A DNA stretch of 46,705 bases from Octopus sinensis (Eukaryota), in NCBI RefSeq assembly GCF_006345805.1, contig NW_021834622.1, positions 1-46,705 on the forward strand, in the 5' to 3' direction. The translations under genes were made by a program, and so were the position numbers. The notes under the pieces were generated by a model. The model was not told where the DNA came from. It worked only from the letters and a program-made list of their open reading frames with translations, and made no database searches. Below are positions 36,533 through 46,705 of this stretch, in pieces. Numbering within the stretch: the first letter of the stretch is position 1; each line of letters starts with the position of its first letter.

Positions 36533-36761
36533 GCGGCGATCTGGCAGAAACGTTAGCACGTCGGGCGAAATGCTTAGCGGTATTTCGTCTGCGTTACGTT
36601 GTCGGTTCAAATTCCGCCGAGGTCGACTTTGCCTTTCATCCTTTCGGGGTCGATAAATTAAGTACCAGTTACGCACTGGGGTCGATGTGATCGACTTAAT
36701 ACCTATGTCTGTCCTTGTTTGTCCTCTCTGTGTTTAGCCCCTTGTGGATAATAAAGAAATA
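36533..36761 (+). mobile_element. SINE family B, full length, with Tx1-like tail
   Basis: gcggcgatctggcagaaacgttagc head…ccttgtttgtcctctctgtgtttagccccttgtggataataaagaaata. Confidence 0.9.
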
Positions 36762-36845
36762 GGTAAAAACCCATGTCTTTCAAAGCTCTGAATTACGTCT
36801 AGCGTACAATTTACTTCGTGCCTAAGCCATTATAAGTTATAAATA

Positions 36846-37163
36846 GGGTAAAGACCCCCTTCGGTCATGAATGACCTTGGGATTGTATCTAGAAAGTTCC
36901 CATCCGAGGCACAAGTCTGGGCAAGGTTGTTTTTGTGGAAGAGCAGCAGTCGCCCATGCATACCAGCCTCCCCTCTCCACGCCACTGATGTTATCCAAGG
37001 GAAAAGCAAAAACCGATACAGCTTGGCACCAGTGACATCGCAACTCATTTCTACAGCTGAGTGATCTGAATCAACGGGAAATAGAATGTCTTGCTCAAGA
37101 ACACAACATACATCTCAGTCCGGGAATCGAAATCGGTGCCCTAACCACTGAGCCATTCGCCTT
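36846..37163 (-). mobile_element. SINE family C
   Basis: Reverse complement of 9288-9616, with a deletion in the head. Confidence 0.85.
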
Positions 37164-37221
37164 CACTTTTATATGATAGTAGTAACAATGGTTTAGGATT
37201 TTGGCTCGAGACGGGCTCTTT

Positions 37222-37865
37222 TAATGGGAAGAAGTAGTCGATTACTTCGACCATAACACTTGGACGATACTTTATTTCATCGACCCCGAAAGAATGAAAT
37301 ACAAAGTTGGGACCTGAGCGAGATTTGAACTCAGAACGTAGGATCAGAATAAATATTGAAAAGCATTCTTTTGCAAACTCTCTTATGATTGTACTAAACC
37401 ATCGTCATCATCAATTTTTTTTTATTGTTTCAAATTCCACCGAGGCAGACCTCGCCTTTCATAATTTCAGGGTTGATAAAATAAATGTCAATCAAGTACT
37501 GTGCTAAAAAGGCAAACCGTTATTAATTGTTTCTTATTTAGGTGTAATGTTAGTCTCAAGGTCAGTAATTTGAGGGAGAGGGGTTTCGTCTATCATACAG
37601 ATTCCAGTCCTTGACAAGTACTTTATTTTGCTGACCTCGAAAGGATGAAAGACACAGACGATTTTAGAAGGATTTCAAGTCATAACGTAAATAATCGCAA
37701 AACATTTTGTTCGATAGTCTAACAATTCTGCATATCCATCCTTATTTGCTGAAACACACAGGACGAAATGTTTAGCAGCGTTTCGTTCATCTTTACATTT
37801 CGAGTTCAAATACCAGGTCAGTTTTGCTTTTCAACCTTTCGAGGTCGATAGAATAATACCAGTCA
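37222..37865. mobile_element. Four degenerate SINE-B fragments in alternating orientation (-,+,-,+)
   Basis: Motifs cgaccccgaaag…gatttgaactcagaacg (-), ttcaaattccaccgagg (+), gacctcgaaaggatgaaag (-), gagttcaaatacc…cctttcgaggtcgat (+). Confidence 0.65.
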
Positions 37866-37889
37866 AGGTATTCAAGTATCCAGTATTCA

Positions 37890-38277
37890 ATAATGGAAGC
37901 ACTCAGTCGGTTACGACGACGAGGGTTCCGGTTGATCCGAATCAACGGAACAGCCTGCTCGTGAAATTAACGTGTAAGTGGCTGAGCACTCCACAGACAC
38001 GTGTACCCTTAACGTAGTTCTCGGGGATATTCAGCGTGACACAGAGAGTGACAAGGCCGGCCCTTTGAAATACAGGTACAATAGAAACAGGAAGTAAGAG
38101 TGAGAGAAAGTTGTGGTGAAAGAGTACAGCAGGGATCACCACCATCCCCTGCCGGAGCCTCGTGGAGCTTTAGGTGTTTTCGCTCAATAAACACTCACAA
38201 CGCCCAGTCTGGGAATCGAAACCGCGATCCTATGACCACGAGTCCGCTGCCCTAACCACTGGGCCATTGCACCTCCG
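37890..38277 (-). mobile_element. SINE family D (tRNA-headed); isolated second head at 38377-38457
   Basis: Minus strand GGAGGTGCAATGGCCCAGTGGTTAGGGC…GGTTTCGATTCCC head and ~310-nt body ending (att)n. Confidence 0.8.
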
Positions 38278-38544
38278 CTATCGTGATATTATCCGTAGTG
38301 TGAAAATAAAACTTCCAAAGACCCCTACTCATACGACGGCTAAATACGCTAATGACTTAATGATTAGAGCATTCGTCTCACAATCGGTCTGGGAATCGAA
38401 ACCGCGATCCTATGACTGCGAGTCCGCTGCCCTAACCACTGGGCCATTGCGCCTCCATTCAATAATACCACACAACGTAATCAATTATCCTTTCTCAACA
38501 AAGTTTCAGGCCTTGTGCCTGCAACAGAAAGGACTGTTACTGCG

Positions 38545-38945
38545 GGGAGGCACAGTTGCTGAGCGCATCAGACAAAATGCGGTATTTTGTCAGTCATTAC
38601 GTTCTAAGTTCAAATTCCGCTGAGATCAGATTTGCTTTTTATCCTTTCGGGGCTCGATAAAATAAGTGCTAGTTGAGCACTGGGGTCAATGTAATCGACT
38701 AACCCCATCTTCCAAAATTGTTGGCCTTGTGTCACAATTTGAAACCATTATTATTGCAAGGCGGCGAATTGTTTGCCCGCCGGTCAAAATGTCTTTCCCC
38801 GTTGCATTCGGAGTTGAAATCCTGCCGGGGTCAACTTTACCTTTCAAACTTTTAGAGCCGATGAAATATGTACCAGTTGAGCCCTGAGGTCAATGGAATC
38901 AACTAGTCTCCTTCCTAAAAATTTCAGGCCTTGTGCCTATAGTAA
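38545..38945 (+). mobile_element. Two SINE-B copies in tandem with different tails
   Basis: First ends ggccttgtgtcacaatttgaaaccattattatt; second ends aatttcaggccttgtgcctatagta. Confidence 0.7.
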
Positions 38946-39374
38946 ATTGTGCCTATATCATGATTCTTACAACAAAGGGTTAAAAGAAACACACATCGTT
39001 GAATTTTGCACTTTACTTTGCTTCTGTGGTGCACAGATTCCCCTAACCCGGTAAACCACAGACGACTGGAATAAGCTAACCTAACAGCAGTCAAGTGAAA
39101 GAAACGGAACGAAACAGGTCCCTATTCCCTATTCTACACAACCCCAGTTCTTTCATATCATTATCTCTTGCTCTCACCATGATGTCTCTAATGAGACAGC
39201 TGTTCATCATTTCAAACATATGTTCCGCCATATATTCAAAGACGTGTAGCGAGCGACTCTCTACAAGCACGCACACGCACGTGTCCATACACAAATGCAA
39301 GACAAATCCCCCCACACCACACACACATCGTATATTTTATATATTTCATTCTTATAGTGTTTTTCTTCTTTCCA

Positions 39375-39376
39375 GC

Positions 39377-39459
<83 letters not shown>

Positions 39460-39685
39460 GTATATCTATCTCTATGTCTGTCTGTGCAAATATACACATG
39501 GCTATATATATATACTAATACGCACACACATATATATATATATTTGTGTGTGGTGTGTATATGTATATATACATATTTGTGTTTGCATATGTATATGTAT
39601 GCATGTATGTGTGTGTGTGTGCAATATATAGACAAACCTACCTACACATACATTTATATGGACATTCATATATATATATATATAT

Positions 39686-39723
<38 letters not shown>

Positions 39724-39779
39724 TATATATATATGTGTGTATATGTGTATATGTATATATGTATATATGTATATATGTA

Positions 39780-39851
<72 letters not shown>

Positions 39852-39934
39852 TATAGATAGATATATATGTATATATATAGATATATATGTATAATATAGA
39901 TATATATGTATATATATATAGATATATATATAGA

Positions 39935-39972
<38 letters not shown>

Positions 39973-40083
39973 TATAGATATATGTATATATAGATATATG
40001 TATTTATATAGATATATAGATATATATGTATATATAGATATATGTATTTATATAGATATATAGATATATATGGTATATAGATA

Positions 40084-40123
<40 letters not shown>

Positions 40124-40446
40124 AGAGAGAGAGAGAGAGAGAGAGAGATATACATATATATGTATGTATGTATGTATATATAGGATATACAGAAATATAC
40201 GCATGTATGTATGTACGTGTGTAGATAAAGGCGGCGTAGAAGTATCCATACGCAGTCAGACAAGTGGATCACCTGTTTGAAGAGGGAACCTTTAATCAAG
40301 TTACCAAACTCTTTCTTCCTTACATGTTTACAACACCGCAGGGTTACTCTCTCTCTCTCTCTCGCACACACACACACACGAACTTCACAAACACATACAT
40401 ATATAAAACTTACTCGGAAAAGGATCCGTGGCGTTCGATCATATAA

Positions 40447-40496
<50 letters not shown>

Positions 40497-40662
40497 CACA
40501 CACATACCTACATACATGCACACACACTCACATACACATAAGCACTGATACGCACAGACACACGCCCACACACATACACACAAACAAATATATACAGACA
40601 AATAGATAATATGTGCGTGTGTAAATGTCCATAGTTTTACGTTCAGATCCATGTGTGTATGT

Positions 40663-40694
<32 letters not shown>

Positions 40695-40720
40695 TTGTGT
40701 GTATGTATGTATACGGCACT
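39375..40720. repeat. Compound (TCTA)n/(TA)n/(GA)n/(CA)n microsatellite field
   Basis: Visible directly. Confidence 0.93.
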
Positions 40721-40864
40721 CAACATGCACTGACATTCAGACACGTTATACGCATGAGGAGAAAATGTGAAACACGCATCAAGGAACAAAATTCAGCCAA
40801 CACTCTTTAAGTGCGTGTGCCTAATCAGGTGTGCACCTGTCCCTAGGTTTTGTATACGTGTGTG

Positions 40865-40896
<32 letters not shown>

Positions 40897-41000
40897 GCGT
40901 CCGTGTGTCCGTGCGTGCATGTTTGGGAGCATATCAGCCTAGTCACACCTAGAGACTTGATAATATACGTTATACTGCTTATCTATCTATCTATCTATCT

Positions 41001-43800
41001 AACCTTCAACGCCAACACGAAGGATGTGCTGTCAGAGCTAGGATGCGTGCTCTAAGGAACGAAGGTGTTGGAGCCGCGAGAGAGGCCCGGGTGGCAGAGG
41101 CGCAACAGGGCAACAAAGCCACCATTCGGTCACTGGTAGATGAACAGGGGCGCGAATTGCTCGAGCCAAGTAAAATGTGTGAGGCCTTTCAGCAGCATTT
41201 TGCCCGACTGTTCGGAACGAGTGGAGGGCAAGACGTAGGGTGGACTTCAGTGCCTACCTACATAGCCTACCACGACTCTCGACAAGAAGGCAGGGTGCTG
41301 CGAAGGTGCCATCACGGCGGCGGAAGTGCGGGAAGCGATGGCAGAATGCTCGAGGGACAAATCACCGGGTTTGGATGGTCTACCCTACGAGCTTTACAAT
41401 TGTATGCCAGACTTGTTTGGAGATCTCTTGGCGGCGGTGTACTGCAACTGGCAGCAAAACGGGAGCATTCCTGTTTTGTGAGCCGAGGAGCCGTAACACT
41501 GCTGAAGAAAGATCTAAACAAGGGAAATGTAATAGATAACTTTAGGCCCATCACTCTGCTTAATGCAGACTTGAAAATTTTGGCCAAGGTGCTAGCCAGA
41601 GGTTGGCGCTTGTCATCGAGAAACTGGTCGACAAGGCGCAAACATGCGCCGTGCCAGGCCGGACCATCCATGACAACCTCCATCTGATGCGCTACATCAT
41701 AGACAGGGTAGTTAACGAACCTGGCATGGGTGAGGCCCTGATCAACTTGGATCAATCAAAAGCCTTTGATAGGGTAGACCATCGATACTTGGAGGCAGTC
41801 CTGAGAGCGGCTGGTTTCGGTCCCGTCTTCCGCGGCTGGATAGCTGCCTTGTACAGAGGCATCCGTTCGGTAATTCGCGTAAATGGACATCTATCGAGAC
41901 CTTTCGACATTGCACGTTCGGTCCGTCAGGGATGCCCCCTCTCGGCGCTTCTATACGTATTGACTCTTGAGCCACTACTGCGGAAGCTGGCGACTCTAAG
42001 GGGCATCCCGCGAGAATTGGGATGCGGGACGAGCGTGTCTGCATACGCGGACGACGTCACCGTCATAGTGTCAAGCCACGAGCACATCGAGCTGGTCGGC
42101 GAGACACTGAAAAACTACGAAGCGGTGACAGGAGCGAAAATCAACGGGAAAAGTCAGTGGGCTTGCGACTAGGCACCTGGAGAAGCAAGCCCATGCCGTC
42201 CACCAGCGCCTCCGTCGTGGGACGCTGGACCGACGGCCCGGTTGAGTTGCTCGGGGTCTGGTTTGGTCCGGACCTCCAGTGGAGAAGAACTGGAACGAGA
42301 TAACGAGTAGGGTGGTCACTCTCGCCCGGCAATGGGCCGAGAGGAAACTGTCCCTAAAAGGTCGAGCGGAGTGGCGAACACGTACATCGCGTCCGTCATC
42401 TACTACCGCCTGACCGTCGTACCTTGTCCCGACCCTACCATCACCAAACTACAACGCATCCTCTTTCGCTTCTTGTGGAAAGGATGCGTCCCGATGGTCA
42501 GGCGATCCATTTGCTGTCAACACCCGTTAAAAGGAGGGCTGGGCATGCCGTGGTTGATGATGCGCAGACACGCGCTGACTGCGACATCTCTGGCTCTATG
42601 TAGACGACGGTGAACAGGTGTGGTCGCCGTTTGTGAGGCACGCTTTCCCGCAGCTCGTCTCCATGACCGAACTGCAGTCGTGGATCAAAAAGAGGCCGAG
42701 GAAGGGCGAATGGCACCGCGAGTGACGCGTTGCTCTCAAGCAACTCTGCCGTCCTGGGTCGACCTTAAGTGACTTCAACACAACCAAAGCATTCTATAGG
42801 GGTTTAGTGGAGGGGAGGTACGACGACGAGCTCGGGGCGAACCTGGACGTCGACGAGGAGTACCTGACCCGCCTGTTCGGGACGACTTTCGGGCCAGGCC
42901 CATGGACAACTTCCAGAGATCCCTGGCCTGGCAGTGCTACCGAGAAGCGCTACCCGTTCGGGATAAGCTCTACACACGGCTCGAGAACACGGGGCCGACC
43001 TGCCCGAGATGCGGTCAGAGCGACGAAACCGTTCTGCACGCACTCTTCAGTGTCCAACAATTTCCGACCTGTGGGCTTATGTCGAACAACTGCTGTCACG
43101 TGTGGGACGAGTCGGTTTATCAGCTGAGTCTATCGTCAATATTGTCACGCCTCCTTCCTTCAACGGGAAGGAAGAGCTATTTTCATCATCCTTGTGGCTA
43201 TGGCGAAAGAATGTATCTGGTGGACGCGTCTGAAAGGATTGGAGACAAACACTTTCCTCTCTGGTCAATCTCTCATCAACTTCTTCAAGTACCACTTGAA
43301 AAGGAAAGTGAGAGTAGAGAGGCAAGTTTTGTCTAGCGAATGTTTTAAAAAAAGATGGTGAATGTAGCAAGAATGGCACGTATGAATGACGAAGCCACCT
43401 TGAGCATAGTCCTATGAACCCAGAAATCGAAAACAGAGAGTTGCTTATTTGCAAAAAAAAAAAAAAAAAAAAGAAATATAAAATGTGACTTCATTGACCG
43501 AGGTTACCGTGGTCTTTTCCGTAGGCTCTTTTTTCCACGGGTAAACCTCACCTGTCCTCCCCTTTACACTTCATATTGACATTTCTGTGATAACGATCCC
43601 TATTGATCAATTTTTTTCCTCTCCCCCTTTTTTTTTAACCCCCCCTTTTTTTGTCCTCTTTCTCTCCTTTTACGATCCCTTTTGATCGAAACTCCCCCTC
43701 CTTTTTTTTTTTTTTTTTTTTTTTTAAACCTTCAAAAGAAAAGCTCTACCTTGTAATTTGTTCTATCTGTGTGCAGCCCTGTGTGGCTAATAAAGAAACA
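41001..43800 (+). mobile_element. 5'-truncated L1/Tx1-clade LINE: ORF2 from the EN-RT linker through RT and CCHC finger, plus 3' UTR; heavily frameshifted
   Basis: EGCAVRARMR…, KSPGLDGLPYELY, NFRPITLLNADLKILAKVLA, LINLDQSKAFDRVDHRYL, SVRQGCPLSALLYVLTLEPL, SAYADDVTV, LLGVWFG, GGLGMP, TCPRCGQSDETVLHAL..C. UTR ends ctaataaagaaac. Confidence 0.95.
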
Positions 43801-43817
43801 TATCTATGTATCTGTCA

Positions 43818-43883
<66 letters not shown>

Positions 43884-43893
43884 GTATCTGTCA

Positions 43894-43972
<79 letters not shown>

Positions 43973-44010
43973 AGTCAGTCTGTCTGTCTGTCTGTCTGTC
44001 TCTCTGTCTG

Positions 44011-44045
<35 letters not shown>

Positions 44046-44054
44046 GTCTGTCTA

Positions 44055-44094
<40 letters not shown>

Positions 44095-44126
44095 CCTATC
44101 TATCTATCTGCCTGTCTGTCCGTCGG

Positions 44127-44165
<39 letters not shown>

Positions 44166-44169
44166 GTCA

Positions 44170-44268
<99 letters not shown>

Positions 44269-44306
44269 AGTCAGTCTGTCTGTCTGTCTGTCTGTCTCTC
44301 TGTCTG

Positions 44307-44337
<31 letters not shown>

Positions 44338-44346
44338 GTCTGTCTA

Positions 44347-44386
<40 letters not shown>

Positions 44387-44550
44387 CCTATCTATCTATC
44401 TGCCTGTCTGTCCGTCGGTCTATCTATCTATCTGTCTGTCTGCCTGTATGCTTGTCTATTTCTCACTTCCTCACTCTCCCTCTCTCTCTCTCTCTCTTTC
44501 TCTCTTTCTCTCTCTGTCTCTCTCTCTCTTACTCTCTCTCTCTCTCTCTC
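43801..44550. repeat. (TCTA)n/(TCTG)n array with a 292-bp higher-order duplication, then (CT)n
   Basis: Unique interruption gcctgtctgtccgtcggtc recurs (ccgtcggtc at 44120 and 44412). Confidence 0.93.
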
Positions 44551-45123
44551 AATCTATCAGTTCACCTTTCCATCCCTCTGCAAACTCACGTACAATATAA
44601 CCTAGCACTACCGGTGCCACTACAAGTACCTTACCTCACTCCGAACATCATAACCACTCCAACCACACTCCCACCAGAACCGCCACCGCCACCAACACAA
44701 CAACAGCAACTGTCATCAACAGCCTTCAATTCTCCCATCCTTGTCATCAACACTGCCACCGTTTCCTTCAGAGCATCTTGGCCTATATATATATATATAT
44801 ATGCGTGTATATATATATATATATATATATTTACACATACACAAAGGCCTTCTATATCTGTCAGAAATTACGTGTGCAGAAACTTTGCGGAAACTCTGTC
44901 GGATATATACTATATACATATCTGTATGTATGTGTATGCATTATCTGTATGTATGTGTATGCATACATATTGGGTGATTCAGAGGTCCCTTGGACATTTT
45001 GATTTCCTTTTGTTTCCTTTTGTACCAATTTTTAAAATTCAATTTTAGTACTCCTTGCTAGTTTGTAGTAAAAAATTTCTGTGCGTGTACATATGTATAT
45101 GTACATGTATGTGTGGTGTGTGT

Positions 45124-45171
<48 letters not shown>

Positions 45172-45287
45172 ATGTTAAATATATTTAAGATGGTTGGCAG
45201 GTAGGGCCTTGTAAGTGATACGGGAGGACCATAGTCAGACACACCCATACACCCACACACCCATACACACACACATATATATATAAC

Positions 45288-45438
45288 CGCAGTCGTGGCT
45301 GAGTGGTAAGAAGTTTGCTTCCCAACCTCATGGTTCCGGGTTCAGTCCCACTATGTGGCAAGGTGTCTTCTACTATAGCCTCGGGCTGACCAATTCTTGT
45401 GAGTGGATTTGTTGGACGGAAACTAAAAGAAGCTCGTC

Positions 45439-45491
<53 letters not shown>

Positions 45492-45725
45492 ATATAATAT
45501 ATATATATAAATATATATATGTATGTATGTATGTAATGTATGTATAAATGCATGTATGTATGAATGCATGTATGTATGTATGTATGTATGTAGTATGTAT
45601 GTATGTAGTATGTATGTGTATGTTCTGTGTTGGTCATCCAACATCGCTTGACCAACCGATCACTGTGTGCTTACGCCCCCGTAACTTAGTGGCTCAGAAA
45701 AACAGACGGATAGAATAAGTACTGG
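45288..45725 (+). mobile_element. SINE family A, diverged, with expanded internal (TA/TATG)n
   Basis: gtggctgagtggtaag…ggttccgggttcagtccc head; 3' half matches the other copies and is truncated at the mariner junction. Confidence 0.85.
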
Positions 45726-45726
45726 A

Positions 45727-46543
45727 CAATTTTTATCCCAAGAACAAGAGGAAAGACCGCGCTACGAAGCTTTTGAAGAAACTCAAGAATCCTCTCTAAC
45801 CAAATATGCTTTGGTTTTTCTTAGACGAGAAAAATTTCTGCCAGGATCAGATGATGAACACACAGAAAAACTGTTGACTTGCTGTGTGCCCAAAACATGT
45901 ACTAAGAGTGATAAAAATCAAACATCCAGTCAACATCATGGTGTTTGGAGTGATCACTAGTGATGGTGAGGTTATGCTTCCATTCATCTTTCCATACGGC
46001 CTCAGACTCAACACGGAGGCCTACATCAAGTGCCTGGAGGAGGTAGTGCTGCCCTGGATCAAGAGGCTGGCTGCTGGAAAACCCTATGCCTGGCAACAGC
46101 ACTCTGCACCAATTTCTGCGACCACATCACCCCTAACATCTGGTCACCTAACTCCCCAGACTGCAACCCAGTTGATTATTATGCGTGGGGTGAGATATAA
46201 ATATCGATATAGGTAGATAGATATATCTATCTATATCTATACTTGGGATGCTATTGAGCGAGAGACAAACAAAACTCCTTGTAACACCAAAGATGAACTG
46301 AAAGCAAGGATTATGCAGCATTCACCAACTTAAACAAGGAGACTACCCAGAAAAGTCGCAGGAGATTCCAAAGTCGTCTGGAGGCTGTGGTTGAAGCCAA
46401 TGATGATTTTATTGAATACATTTATTCTTTAGTATTTCAAGATATCTTTATGTAATTTTGGAAAAATCTATCTGTTAAAATGAGATGTCAGTGTTATTTT
46501 CATTTTTGTATAATTTAGACAACAATTTATTCACAGCACCCTG
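45727..46543 (+). mobile_element. maT/DD37D-like (Tc1/mariner) transposon: 3' half of transposase pseudogene and right TIR
   Basis: WFFLDEKNF…KHPVNIMVFGVITSDG…YIKCLEEVVLPWI…WQQHSAP, [deletion] NFCDHITPNIWSPNSPDCNPVDYYAWG…ERETNKTPCNTKDELKARI…RLEAVVEANDDFIE. The third catalytic residue is D; spacing cannot be measured because of the deletion. Right end reads CAGGGTG on the minus strand. Confidence 0.85.
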
Positions 46544-46705
46544 CACATATATTATATATATATATATATATATATTATAAATAAAATAAAACATATGCAT
46601 ATATATAAACATATATGTTACGTACCTACCTCTACCTGTACATATACACGCATATATGAGTACAGGACACCAAAAGGACGTCGAACACAATGAGAAACGA
46701 AAACA

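Noticed and set aside
43651-45048. Longest ORF in the track (465 aa)
   Set aside because: Almost entirely (TCTA/TCTG/CT/CAC)n; no domain content.
46190-46243. Intron (GG|gtgaga) inside the mariner transposase
   Set aside because: No AG acceptor at the point where homology resumes.

Overview
This is eukaryotic, AT-rich, extremely microsatellite-rich DNA with no recognisable host protein-coding exon, rRNA, functional tRNA or CRISPR array. The SINE families and repeat density suggest an octopus (coleoid cephalopod) intergenic or intronic region; this is inferred from my familiarity with such repeats, not from a search. Nearly all ORFs in the supplied track are translations of simple repeats. 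The real coding remnants all belong to transposons: a 5'-truncated L1/Tx1-clade LINE (41001-43800, +) and a second Tx1 fragment (7811-8195), a nearly intact 3' half of a CR1/L2-group LINE (20271-21503, -), four 3' fragments of R4/Dong-like RLE LINEs stacked in (TAA)n arrays (3274-4730), a decayed DD34E Tc1 (8199-9255) and a maT/DD37D-like mariner fragment (45727-46543). Non-coding mobile DNA includes at least four tRNA-headed SINE families (my labels A-D, over 25 fragments), non-autonomous Helitrons, a Helentron/HINE-like element, hAT and pogo-like ends and a long-TIR MITE. The most interesting signals are relationships between elements: (i) one SINE-B tail matches the Tx1 LINE 3' end; (ii) the SINE-A tail matches the CR1/L2 LINE 3' end, with a covarying stem-loop; (iii) two independent TSD-flanked insertions are compatible with the same nick site in the tRNA-derived head of SINE-A; (iv) a composite Helitron has three 5' ends; (v) a local duplication carries a template-switch palindrome.
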